The notes below the pieces were generated by a model. The model saw nothing but the letters and a program-made list of their open reading frames with translations, was not told the DNA's origin and ran no database searches. The translations under genes and the position numbers were made by a program. Positions 9,637 to 18,633 of a stretch of DNA of 46,290 nt are shown piece by piece. Source of the stretch: Nitrososphaeraceae archaeon (lineage in GTDB: Archaea; Thermoproteota; Nitrososphaeria; Nitrososphaerales; Nitrososphaeraceae); contig DATGZA010000079.1 in NCBI GenBank assembly GCA_035297365.1, positions 1-46,290 on the forward strand, read 5' to 3'. How positions within the stretch are numbered: the first letter of the stretch is position 1; each line of letters opens with the position of its first letter.

Positions 9637-9945
9637 TTGATGGAATACGTTTATGCGGCATTGTTATTACATAAATTGAAGCAGGACCTTACTGAAGATA
9701 ATATTACTAATGTAATAAAGGCTACAGGTACTAATCCTGATTCAGTTAGGATAAAGGCACTCGTTGCAGCATTAAGTGATGTAAATATTGAAGAAGCATT
9801 AAAGGCAGCTCCAATGGCTGTTGCGCCAGTTGCAACATCTGGTGGACCTGCTCCAGAGGCAAAAACTGACGTCCACGAAGAAGAAAAGAAAGAAGAAAAG
9901 AAAGAAGAAGAAGCTCTAGAAGGATTATCTTCGTTATTCGGATAA
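9637..9945 (+). CDS. rpl12: Ribosomal stalk protein aP1/L12
   Basis: MEYVYAALLLH start, Ala-rich hinge, acidic tail, GLSSLFG end. Confidence 0.97.
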   Translation: MMEYVYAALLLHKLKQDLTEDNITNVIKATGTNPDSVRIKALVAALSDVNIEEALKAAPMAVAPVATSGGPAPEAKTDVHEEEKKEEKKEEEALEGLSSLFG

Positions 9946-9984
9946 TCTGTCTTATTGCCAATTTAAATTCAATTTTTAAATTGC

Positions 9985-9998
9985 CGAAAGTTCAAATA
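9985..9998 (+). promoter_or_regulatory. Putative BRE/TATA for the Cys-rich microprotein
   Basis: CGAAAG-TTCAAATA ends 26 nt before ATG 10024. Confidence 0.45.
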
Positions 9999-10023
9999 CG
10001 GATAATTTCAGAATCTTTTTGCA

Positions 10024-10161
10024 ATGGTAACTAATAGATGTAAATGTGGACGATTATTAAAAACATATGGATATTGTACTCCATTGGGTTGTAAAGAACA
10101 ATTTCTGTGCGACCTTTGTTCTCTCGGAGAATATGATTGTAAATGCGATGTGCTGAATTAG
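10024..10161 (+). CDS. Unannotated 45-aa cysteine-rich microprotein
   Basis: Translated by hand: MVTNRCKCGRLLKTYGYCTPLGCKEQFLCDLCSLGEYDCKCDVLN; 8 Cys; promoter-like element upstream. Confidence 0.7.
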   Translation: MVTNRCKCGRLLKTYGYCTPLGCKEQFLCDLCSLGEYDCKCDVLN

Positions 10162-10225
10162 AAGTTTTGTTTTATCAATTTTAAAGTTATTTATGAGGGA
10201 AAAATTAATAGGTCGTGATTCTTTG

Positions 10226-11257
10226 TTAATGAATTTCACCATTTTGTGGTAAAATAAATTGTATTAAAATGCTCACTATATATAAAAATAGTAACATAAA
10301 TCCAAATTTTAAACCGATTTTTCTACGAAACATAGGTATGACTGCAATTATGGTCACTAACGTAGCTAATATTATTTGATAGAACAATATTTCAGTAATC
10401 TCTATCTTCTCGTAGAATCCATAATGAAGCATCGCTGCAAAAATGGCTACCGCTAATAGCAAGCTATTGTTTAGAATCTTAGAACCCAATACATTGGCAA
10501 TAGCTATAGATGCACCAGCAGCTCCTTTTCTAGCAAGAATCATCATAGATATTTTTTCAGGCATTTCTCCTGCTATAGGGCTAAGGATGACCGCCAATAC
10601 TATCGCAGAAATACCTACTTCGACTGAGAATCCTTGCATTGAATGGATAAAAGGTTCTGCTCCAATTAGTATTCCCAGTGCACCCGCAAGAAAAACTCCT
10701 ATGGCAATAACCATTTTCTTATTATCCTTTGCTGGGTTATTTTTGTTTACAATTTCTTTAGAGTTATCTTTAAAAACGTTCTCTTTCATTTCCAATTTCA
10801 TTTCATATAATGCTATGAATATATAAGCGATAAATATCCCAATAAAGATTATTCCGTCAACATAATCATAACCATCTAAAAATAGAATTAGACTTATAAC
10901 TGCACTAGCGAGTAAGAATATTTTGTCGTTTTTAAAAGTACTCACATCTATCATCTTTAATGGGGCTTTTGATAATCGAGTAGTAGAAATAATCAGCATT
11001 ATTGCTAATCCAAGAGTCATCATCATAATATTGCTTCCTAATCCAGACCCAATAGCTATTCCATAAGCACCACTCGCCGCAGCATAAATCACTATTGCAA
11101 TTTCAGGTAAAGTTGTAGCTATACTTAGAAGGACCCTTCCAACAAATTTCGCTCCATATCTTTCTGATAAATGTTCGGCTCCATATGATAGTAACCAACT
11201 ACAAAAAGTTAACTCACCGAGCCAAATTATCATTCCCAGAAGATTATTTTCAGCCAA
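10226..11257 (-). CDS. Ca2+/cation antiporter (CaCA, YrbG-like Na/Ca exchanger)
   Basis: About 10 TM segments in two repeats; alpha-repeat motifs ATTLPE..GSN and AGEMPE..NVLGS. Confidence 0.85.
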   Translation of the reverse strand: MAENNLLGMIIWLGELTFCSWLLSYGAEHLSERYGAKFVGRVLLSIATTLPEIAIVIYAAASGAYGIAIGSGLGSNIMMMTLGLAIMLIISTTRLSKAPLKMIDVSTFKNDKIFLLASAVISLILFLDGYDYVDGIIFIGIFIAYIFIALYEMKLEMKENVFKDNSKEIVNKNNPAKDNKKMVIAIGVFLAGALGILIGAEPFIHSMQGFSVEVGISAIVLAVILSPIAGEMPEKISMMILARKGAAGASIAIANVLGSKILNNSLLLAVAIFAAMLHYGFYEKIEITEILFYQIILATLVTIIAVIPMFRRKIGLKFGFMLLFLYIVSILIQFILPQNGEIH

Positions 11258-11344
11258 TTTTCAACACAAAAAATCTTTACTTTTCTGAGCATGCAAATTA
11301 GTTATCCTCTTACTATCAATCCTTAACCGGATCAAAATTTTAAT

Positions 11345-11530
11345 CTATTTGAAAATGGAAATATTTAATATCAAATAATTCATAGTTTCTAACTTTATTT
11401 CCAATTCATCTACGACTAGTATGAATTTTGCTGGATGTGGACTAGTTAAAATAACCATGAAAACTGGAACTGATGCACAAGTAATAATGGTCAGTATTAT
11501 CAACCATAGAGCAGTCATTTTTTCAACCAT
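11345..11530 (-). CDS. Possible small membrane protein
   Basis: ATG start, one hydrophobic segment, TTTATATA box upstream; no recognisable family. Confidence 0.35.
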   Translation of the reverse strand: MVEKMTALWLIILTIITCASVPVFMVILTSPHPAKFILVVDELEIKLETMNYLILNISIFK

Positions 11531-11698
11531 TTATAAAAAGTGAATTTACTTTTAGGTATATAAATTTTATACAATATTTCACATTCTGAATGGCCACGAA
11601 TATATCATTGATCTAGAATTCGATAAAAAAATCGATAACGTGGATATTTTTCCTAAAGGATTTTAAGTAACTACTTATCCAATCTTTGTGTATTTAAG

Positions 11699-12355
11699 AT
11701 GACAAGCGAGGTTGAGCTTAAAGAGCTCTTAAATAATGCTCGAAAGAATTATCAAAAACACAATTTTGATCAATCTGTAGATTTAACTATTATATTAAAA
11801 GATATTGATGTTAAAAAAGGATTTAGTTTCAATGAAGTTGTTCACTTACCAAACAGACCTAGTAAACAAGCAACTGTTTGCGTAGTTGCATCCGGTGAGA
11901 TGGGTTCAAGAGCAAAAAAAGTAGCTGCTGAAAAAATAATTGAGCAGGAAGAATTAGATAGGCTGGGCACCAATAAGAAAGAGGCTAAAAAAGTTGCAAA
12001 AAAATATGATTTCTTCTTATCGGATACTGCACTAATGTCTACTGTAGGTAGGTCTCTAGGGCAATATCTTGGACCCAAAGGGAAAATGCCAACACCTATG
12101 CCATATGGGGCTCCTATTGAAAATATATTGGATCGGTTTAGAAGTTCGGTAAGAGTTAGGGTGAGAAATCAACTTAATGTATCTGCAAAGATAGGTGATG
12201 AAAAAATGGAAGACAAACAACTACTTGAAAATGCTAATGCAATACTCTCTCTTGTCGAAAAAAAATTACCACAAGGTGACAAAAACATTCGCAATATGTT
12301 GATAAAGTTTACCATGAGCAAGCCAGCTGATTTGCTATCTTCACAGAAGAGTTGA
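11699..12355 (+). CDS. rpl1: Ribosomal protein uL1
   Basis: NFDQSVDL, LGQYLGPKGKMPTP, KFTMSKP. Confidence 0.97.
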   Translation: MTSEVELKELLNNARKNYQKHNFDQSVDLTIILKDIDVKKGFSFNEVVHLPNRPSKQATVCVVASGEMGSRAKKVAAEKIIEQEELDRLGTNKKEAKKVAKKYDFFLSDTALMSTVGRSLGQYLGPKGKMPTPMPYGAPIENILDRFRSSVRVRVRNQLNVSAKIGDEKMEDKQLLENANAILSLVEKKLPQGDKNIRNMLIKFTMSKPADLLSSQKS

Positions 12356-12370
12356 GTGTGATATACTAAT

Positions 12371-13249
12371 ATGTCAAATATAACAAATAAAAAATATCCA
12401 GAAAAAAAACAAATTTTGTATGAATATTTGCAAGAGCTTCCTACCAAATATGAGGTAGTTGCTCTATCAAGAATGACTAATGTTCGTGCTAGTCAATTAA
12501 TGCCCATAAGAAAAAAATTTCATGATCAAATACATATAAAGATTATAAAAAATAGGGTAGCTCAAAAAGCTTTTGAAAAATTATCTAATATAAAAGGAAT
12601 TCAAGATTTAAGTAAACAGCTTGAAGGTCAATGCGCTTTGATGTTTACCAATATTAGTCCCTTCAAATTAAATCTTATCTTTGATCAAAATAAGGTATTT
12701 TTACCGGCAAAGGGAGGAGACATAGCATCCAATGAAATAATAGTTCCAGCAGGAAATACAGGTATTCCTCCAGGTCCAGTTTTATCTGAATTTAAGGAAG
12801 CAAATATACCAACAAAGATAGACCAAGGCAGTATAGCAGTTACAAAAGATACAATAGCTGTTAAAGCAGGTGGGGTTATATCACAAAAATTAGCGTCATT
12901 ATTAACCAAACTCAATATCAAACCAATCGAGGCTGGTATAGCAGTCAATTATGCTATTTCAGAGGGATTACAGTTTAGAGAATCGGAACTTAAACTAAAT
13001 ATCAATGAGTATGTTGAAGATCTTAAACTGTCCTTCTCTTCAGCTCTAAATCTTGCAATAAAATCAGCCTATGTAACCAGTGAGACAATCAATTCAATAC
13101 TATCTTTGGCCCAACAACAATCTATGAATTTGGCTTCAGAATCTGGTTACATTACTAAAGAAACTGTAGAACTGGTAATGCTCAAAGCCCAAACAAAGGC
13201 TTTTAGTCTATTAAACGAATTAAAATCGCATGGATATAATGCACAATAA
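12371..13249 (+). CDS. rpl10: Ribosomal protein uL10 (P0)
   Basis: IIKNRV, PAKGGDIA..I.VPAGNTGIPPGP, LTKLNIKP; follows rpl1. Confidence 0.96.
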   Translation: MSNITNKKYPEKKQILYEYLQELPTKYEVVALSRMTNVRASQLMPIRKKFHDQIHIKIIKNRVAQKAFEKLSNIKGIQDLSKQLEGQCALMFTNISPFKLNLIFDQNKVFLPAKGGDIASNEIIVPAGNTGIPPGPVLSEFKEANIPTKIDQGSIAVTKDTIAVKAGGVISQKLASLLTKLNIKPIEAGIAVNYAISEGLQFRESELKLNINEYVEDLKLSFSSALNLAIKSAYVTSETINSILSLAQQQSMNLASESGYITKETVELVMLKAQTKAFSLLNELKSHGYNAQ

Positions 13250-13353
13250 AAAATTTCCATATTCTAATTTGGATTTATTACAAAAGTTAGCTGTTAAAAT
13301 ATCGTTTACGAACACAATAAATAAAGGAAAGAAATTCTTTTTATTATTGAATA

Positions 13354-14991
13354 ATGACAATTGAACTAAAAGTACATCCATCTTTCTTTAAGGAGTTTGC
13401 GACGAAGACTTGGGTATCTCCAAGTGAAATTATTAAGGAATTAATAGAAAATTCCTTTGATGAAGATGCAACTAAAGTACTGATTACTCTTTTTAAGAAT
13501 GGGTCCATATGTATTGAAGATGATGCGGGAATGAGTGAAGATGGAATGGAAAAATTTCTTCTTCTCGGTTCTCCACATAAAAAAATAGAATCTATTTCTC
13601 CAAAGTTCAAAAGAATAAGAACTGGGAGATACGGCACTGGTCGATTGTCTTTTTTGACATCTTTTGAAAAAATGAAACTCAAGACGAGGAAGGGAAATTA
13701 TAACAAGTCTATAATTATTGATGAAAGTTCTCTAAACAATTTATTTACAGGAAATTCTGTTTTGAATGAAATAAAAGAAAAACATCTATTGAGAAATGGC
13801 ACAGAGTTATCTCTCTATAACGCAAAAATGTCTATAGACCCTATAAAATTAGCAAAAGAAATTCGTAAATTGGCAATTTTAAGACAACCAATGTTTCAAG
13901 TGTTTATAAAACAAACTGATGATTTTCATGAATGGGATTTCGACAATGCAGAACCAGTTAAAGCACAAGAAATTCAAGGATATAGGATTCCAATTAGTCT
14001 TGATGATGGAAGGATCATTGGTGAAATTATAGTTGCAAGGAGACCGCTAACAGAGGAGGAAAAAGGCATTGGAATAATGATTGGCAATCATATCGTAGTT
14101 AGAAGTAATTTTGGCTTAGAAGCAAAATTAAATAGAATAACCGGTTTAATAAGATGCGATAATCTGACTTCTAGATTTGCCGATAAATCTGCAATAATCG
14201 AAGATGATTACTATGATAAATTTTACAAGATAGTAAAGCAATTTATTGTTGATGAGGTAATTCCTAAGCTTGCAGAGTATGAAGACGTGTTAATCACAAA
14301 AGAGGAGTCTCGTATATATAAAGAGATTGATAAAGTTCTGGGTCAAGCGGTAGTTGAAAATCTTGAATCAATTGAGGTCGAGGATTATGAAACCATCACT
14401 ACAGCAAGTACACAAAGAATAGACGTTAAATCACCATTCACGTCGAATGGTTATGATGATACAAAATCTTCAAGCATTGTTGATACATCTAAACTAGATC
14501 CTTCCATTTCAGTTGGGACAACAACAACATCTAGGGCAAATCAAAATACCAACAAAGTGAGTATACTTGAACATCAGACAACCCATGATATTTCCTATTC
14601 AGATGATGGATATCAAGGTAGAAGTGACACGATTTTTTCACCTTTGCCTGAATTCGCTGTTAATAACCCATTCAGTATAAAAAAGATTAAAACTCTGAAA
14701 AGAACTTTCGCGTTAAAAAAAATTGGGTACAAAGTCATTCCTTACGAGGATGCGTCTGATTCTAGGGATGGTTTTACAAATGAATCAATAGTGTTTATAA
14801 ACAAGGCTAATTCAGCTTACAAAGCTGAATCTGAACGTGGAGACGAGTTTTTATTAAGACATATAATCAGAATTGTTGCAGAAGCAATTGCTGAAGAAAA
14901 ACATCCTGAGGGAAAAGATGCACTTGAATTGCAAAATAGATTAATAGCCGAGGCTATAAAGATTCATAATTTGAGCAGTAGAAAAAAATGA
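13354..14991 (+). CDS. GHKL ATPase of the MORC/HATPase_c_3 type
   Basis: KELIENSFD, IEDDAGMS, GRYGTGRLS and NGTEL GHKL boxes; S5-like second domain; Ser/Thr-rich linker; C-terminal FINKANSAY domain. Confidence 0.82.
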   Translation: MTIELKVHPSFFKEFATKTWVSPSEIIKELIENSFDEDATKVLITLFKNGSICIEDDAGMSEDGMEKFLLLGSPHKKIESISPKFKRIRTGRYGTGRLSFLTSFEKMKLKTRKGNYNKSIIIDESSLNNLFTGNSVLNEIKEKHLLRNGTELSLYNAKMSIDPIKLAKEIRKLAILRQPMFQVFIKQTDDFHEWDFDNAEPVKAQEIQGYRIPISLDDGRIIGEIIVARRPLTEEEKGIGIMIGNHIVVRSNFGLEAKLNRITGLIRCDNLTSRFADKSAIIEDDYYDKFYKIVKQFIVDEVIPKLAEYEDVLITKEESRIYKEIDKVLGQAVVENLESIEVEDYETITTASTQRIDVKSPFTSNGYDDTKSSSIVDTSKLDPSISVGTTTTSRANQNTNKVSILEHQTTHDISYSDDGYQGRSDTIFSPLPEFAVNNPFSIKKIKTLKRTFALKKIGYKVIPYEDASDSRDGFTNESIVFINKANSAYKAESERGDEFLLRHIIRIVAEAIAEEKHPEGKDALELQNRLIAEAIKIHNLSSRKK

Positions 14992-15051
14992 AAAATCCCC
15001 TATTTAACTAATAGAAAAGACTAAATCTGGCTAATATTTGATATACCAACA

Positions 15052-15648
15052 ATGGCTTATCAATACTTTCCTGGTGCAACAGCAATTGGTATAACCTACA
15101 ATAATGGCGTATTACTAGCATCTGAAAGACGTATATCCTTTGGAAATTTTATAGTAAATAAAAATACCAAAAAAACATTCATTATTACTGATAAAGTTGG
15201 TGCTGCATGTGCGGGGATGGTTGCTGATATGAATGTACTATCAAGACAAGTAAGCGCTTTGGCAAAAATCCGTAAACTAGAGATAAGAAGAGATCTCCCT
15301 ACTAATTCCGTAGCAAAATTAATGTCTGTAATAATGTTTGAAAGACGATATTTTCCTCTGTTGACTCAAGTGATAGTGGGTGGATTTGATACAAAGGCTA
15401 AGATTTATACTTTAGACCCTTTGGGGTCTTTGTTGCCTGATGATTATGCTGCCGTAGGTACTGGAGCTGAACTGGCACTTGGTATTTTAGATGCTGACTA
15501 CACACCCAAACTAAGTGAGGAAGAAGCTGTAAAACTTGCTATTAAATCTATTCGCTCATCGGTTCAACGAGACGCTTCAAGCGGGGATGGCATAGATATT
15601 TTAACTATTGGCGATAAAGGAAGTAACGAAGAGTCACACAGGATTTAA
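15052..15648 (+). CDS. psmB: Proteasome beta subunit, predicted non-catalytic
   Basis: Ntn-fold motifs GVLLASERR, AGMVAD, LDPLGS, AVGTGA, RDASSGDGID; PGATAIG in place of GTTTVG. Confidence 0.93.
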   Translation: MAYQYFPGATAIGITYNNGVLLASERRISFGNFIVNKNTKKTFIITDKVGAACAGMVADMNVLSRQVSALAKIRKLEIRRDLPTNSVAKLMSVIMFERRYFPLLTQVIVGGFDTKAKIYTLDPLGSLLPDDYAAVGTGAELALGILDADYTPKLSEEEAVKLAIKSIRSSVQRDASSGDGIDILTIGDKGSNEESHRI

Positions 15649-15731
15649 GAAATAGAATATTATGAAAAATTCTTTTCATTTTGTAGACATATTTTAATAT
15701 AATTAATTCTTGTATCAAAAAGTGTTAGATA

Positions 15732-16901
15732 TTGGATGCAAGAAATATTGGGCTACGTAATATTGAAGTTGCTGATACTAAAATATGTTCAATTGATGGT
15801 GAACATGGAAAATTAATTTATCGTGGATATGATATTCTCGACTTGGTGAATCGATCCACCTTTGAAGAAACAACATTCCTACTCTTATTTGGAGATCTTC
15901 CAAATGACGCCCAATTACAAGACTTCTCTAATACCCTGAAAAATTCAAGAGACATTCCCAATTCAATAATTGTAGACCTACATAATAGACCTAAAACAGC
16001 TCATCCGATGGATGTTCTTCAATCATGTGTCTCCTATCTTTCAAATTATGACAATGACATTTCTTCTGATACCAAGGAAGATAACGTCAGAAGAGCAATG
16101 CTTCTTATTGCAAAGATGCCTTCTATCGTGGCTGCTTGGGATCGAATAAGAAATGGTCTGGAGTATGTAAAGCCTGATCCTCAACTTTCACATTCCGCAA
16201 ATTTTCTTTACATGTTGTCTGGGAGAAAACCTGAATTGGAAGAAACAAAAGTGTTGGATATTTGTCTAATTTTACATGCAGAACATAGTTTCAATGCCTC
16301 GACGTTTGCAGCACGAGAAATAGCTTCGACTAGGGCACACATGTATGCATGTATATGCGGTGCATTAGGAGCCTTATCTGGCGAATTACATGGTGGAGCA
16401 AATATCCAAGTTATGAAAATGTTAATTGAAATTAATGAACCAAACAGGGTAGAAGAATGGGTAGCTGAAAAAATTAAACAAGGAAAAAGGATAATGGGCA
16501 TGGGACATGCTGTATATCATACAAATGATCCTCGAGCAGAGATTTTAGAAAGATTATCCAAATCTATCTGCAGAGAAGAAAATCGTAAATGGTACGAAAT
16601 CACAAAAAGGATAGAGAATTATACTAAATCTTATATGTCTGAGTATAAAAACCAAGCAATTTATGCTAATGTCGATCTTTATAGTGCTTCTCTCTATTAC
16701 AGTATGGGATTTAAAATGGATCTTAACACACCAATATTTGCTATTTCACGAATATCTGGATGGACTTCCCATGTGATTGAAGAAAAATTCGCGGAGGCAG
16801 CACCAAAACCTGCGTTATACAGACCAAAAGCAGTATACGTAGGCAAATATTGTGGTCCAATGGGATGCGAGTTTATTCCAATAGAGAAAAGGAATATATA
16901 A
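15732..16901 (+). CDS. gltA: Citrate synthase
   Basis: LIYRGY, HAEHSFNASTF, LHGGAN, GMGHAVY..DPR, NVDLY. Confidence 0.95.
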   Translation: MDARNIGLRNIEVADTKICSIDGEHGKLIYRGYDILDLVNRSTFEETTFLLLFGDLPNDAQLQDFSNTLKNSRDIPNSIIVDLHNRPKTAHPMDVLQSCVSYLSNYDNDISSDTKEDNVRRAMLLIAKMPSIVAAWDRIRNGLEYVKPDPQLSHSANFLYMLSGRKPELEETKVLDICLILHAEHSFNASTFAAREIASTRAHMYACICGALGALSGELHGGANIQVMKMLIEINEPNRVEEWVAEKIKQGKRIMGMGHAVYHTNDPRAEILERLSKSICREENRKWYEITKRIENYTKSYMSEYKNQAIYANVDLYSASLYYSMGFKMDLNTPIFAISRISGWTSHVIEEKFAEAAPKPALYRPKAVYVGKYCGPMGCEFIPIEKRNI

Positions 16902-17001
16902 TTTTAATATTCTAAGATACTTATCATTCTTTTTTAACGACTTTCAAATTATATAATATTTAAAAAAATAAATTATCTATTTATTTGATATATTTTAAAT
17001 T

Positions 17002-17481
17002 TTGAAAGTAAACATTTTGTCGAAAACCGATACTGCTTTACTCCTTAATGAAATAAAAAATTGGCCAGAGAATAGCATACCCAAAATAAAGAATCTAAAA
17101 ATGTATGAAATTGAAAAAGATAAGAAATTTCTATTATACAACGATTTCTCTGCGATTCAAATTAATAAAATCATTCTACCATTTGTCGGAAATCAAGAAC
17201 TGATCAATTTTTTTCCCCATGTTCTAGTGGATATGGGAGCTATAAAATTCGTTTGTAATGGTGCGAAGCTAATGCGACCAGGAATAGTTCATTTTCAATC
17301 TTTTAATAGAAATGATATCGTAGTAATAAAGGATGAGGAACATGGTAAACCCCTTGCAGTTGGAATAGCTATTGAAGATAGTAAAACTGCAATATCTTTA
17401 TCAAAAGGTTACATAATAAATAATCTTCATTACGTAGGTGATAAATTCTGGGATCTATACAAGGAAATAAGACTAAATTAA
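17002..17481 (+). CDS. PUA-domain RNA-binding protein (MCT-1/Tma20-like)
   Basis: VDMGAIKFVCNGAKLMRPGI, NLHYVGDKFW. Confidence 0.9.
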   Translation: MKVNILSKTDTALLLNEIKNWPENSIPKIKNLKMYEIEKDKKFLLYNDFSAIQINKIILPFVGNQELINFFPHVLVDMGAIKFVCNGAKLMRPGIVHFQSFNRNDIVVIKDEEHGKPLAVGIAIEDSKTAISLSKGYIINNLHYVGDKFWDLYKEIRLN

Positions 17482-17496
17482 ATATCCATTTTCAAT

Positions 17497-17524
17497 TGAA
17501 TCAATAAATATGAATCAATAAATA
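17497..17524. repeat. Exact 14-bp tandem duplication
   Basis: TGAATCAATAAATA occurs twice in tandem between convergent genes. Confidence 0.8.
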
Positions 17525-17538
17525 TTCTAACATCTTTT

Positions 17539-18249
17539 TCAAGTCAAACTAGAAATTCCTGAGATATCAATAGTAAAAAAAATACTATGTTTTAAGAACG
17601 GTTGAGCATAAGATATTTTATAGATTTTCTTGTCGAAGTTAATTATTTCAAATCTTAATTTTATGTGAACAGAAATTGAAGTCGATTTATCCATAAACTC
17701 TCTTTGACTGACTGTTTTATATGATGGATTATCAAATATGCTTGTTTTGATTTCACCATCTTCAAGAGATGAAATTTTCTCTCTGATGGAATTCGTTATA
17801 ATGACTGCACAATTATTCCTAATAGCATGATGTGCGAGTTTATGAAGAAATTTCATTAAAATTAAATGTCTTGCTGCTCCTTGACTATCGGACGCAATTA
17901 TGGATGTTGCAGTATCAACTATTACTAGTCTTGGATTCAATATATCAATCTTCTCAAGTGCATTAAATTGAGCAAAAATTGAGAAAACTCTGATATACTC
18001 TATCCTATCTAAAAATCCGTTTGAATTTTTTACATTTAATATCTCCACTATTCGTTCGGGCCTGAAATTACCTGTGGTATCGATAAAGATTATCTTTTCA
18101 CTGGTATTCTTTAACAAATAGGCACAAATGGTAAAACAAAATTGAGATTTTCCAGATCCGTTTTCACCAAAAATATCCCAAACCAAGCCAGTACTTATTC
18201 CTCCTCCTAGAAATCTATCTATGTCACATGAACCTGTTGATATTCTCAA
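17539..18249 (-). CDS. RadA/Rad51 paralogue (RadB-like, core domain only)
   Basis: ISTGS..ID.FLGGG, Walker A GENGSGKS, IDTTGNFRPERI, Walker B LVIVD. Confidence 0.88.
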   Translation of the reverse strand: MRISTGSCDIDRFLGGGISTGLVWDIFGENGSGKSQFCFTICAYLLKNTSEKIIFIDTTGNFRPERIVEILNVKNSNGFLDRIEYIRVFSIFAQFNALEKIDILNPRLVIVDTATSIIASDSQGAARHLILMKFLHKLAHHAIRNNCAVIITNSIREKISSLEDGEIKTSIFDNPSYKTVSQREFMDKSTSISVHIKLRFEIINFDKKIYKISYAQPFLKHSIFFTIDISGISSLT

Positions 18250-18332
18250 TTACTGATATATTCAATAATAAATAATTAATAAATTATTTTACTTCAAAGG
18301 AACCTTTTTATTCTGCTCTCTCTGAACTTGAA

Positions 18333-18608
18333 TTGCTAAGTGATATATTGATATTGTCAACCAATTCGAGTTCTCAACAACCAAAAAGACCTCTTACCGC
18401 CTTACAAAAGTCATTGAACCAACGTGTTGCGGTACGACTGAAAAGTGAAATGGAATATAAGGGGATAATGAGTAACGTTGATTCCTACATGAATCTAATA
18501 TTAGTTGACGCTGAAGAATACCAAAGCTCAGATTTGCTTGCAAATTACGGAAAGGTTGTGATAAGAGGAAACAATGTTCTCTTCATTAGATTGATCAAAG
18601 ATCTATAA
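18333..18608 (+). CDS. Sm-like (Lsm) RNA-binding protein; start may be 18354
   Basis: Sm1 [17 protein letters not shown] and Sm2 VVIRGNNV. Confidence 0.93.
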   Translation: MLSDILILSTNSSSQQPKRPLTALQKSLNQRVAVRLKSEMEYKGIMSNVDSYMNLILVDAEEYQSSDLLANYGKVVIRGNNVLFIRLIKDL

Positions 18609-18633
18609 TCTTAACACTAAATTTCATGTAGAA

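Noticed and set aside
10057-10242. 61-aa minus-strand ORF in the track
   Set aside because: The opposite-strand Cys-rich ORF has a patterned motif and a promoter-like element, so it is the better call
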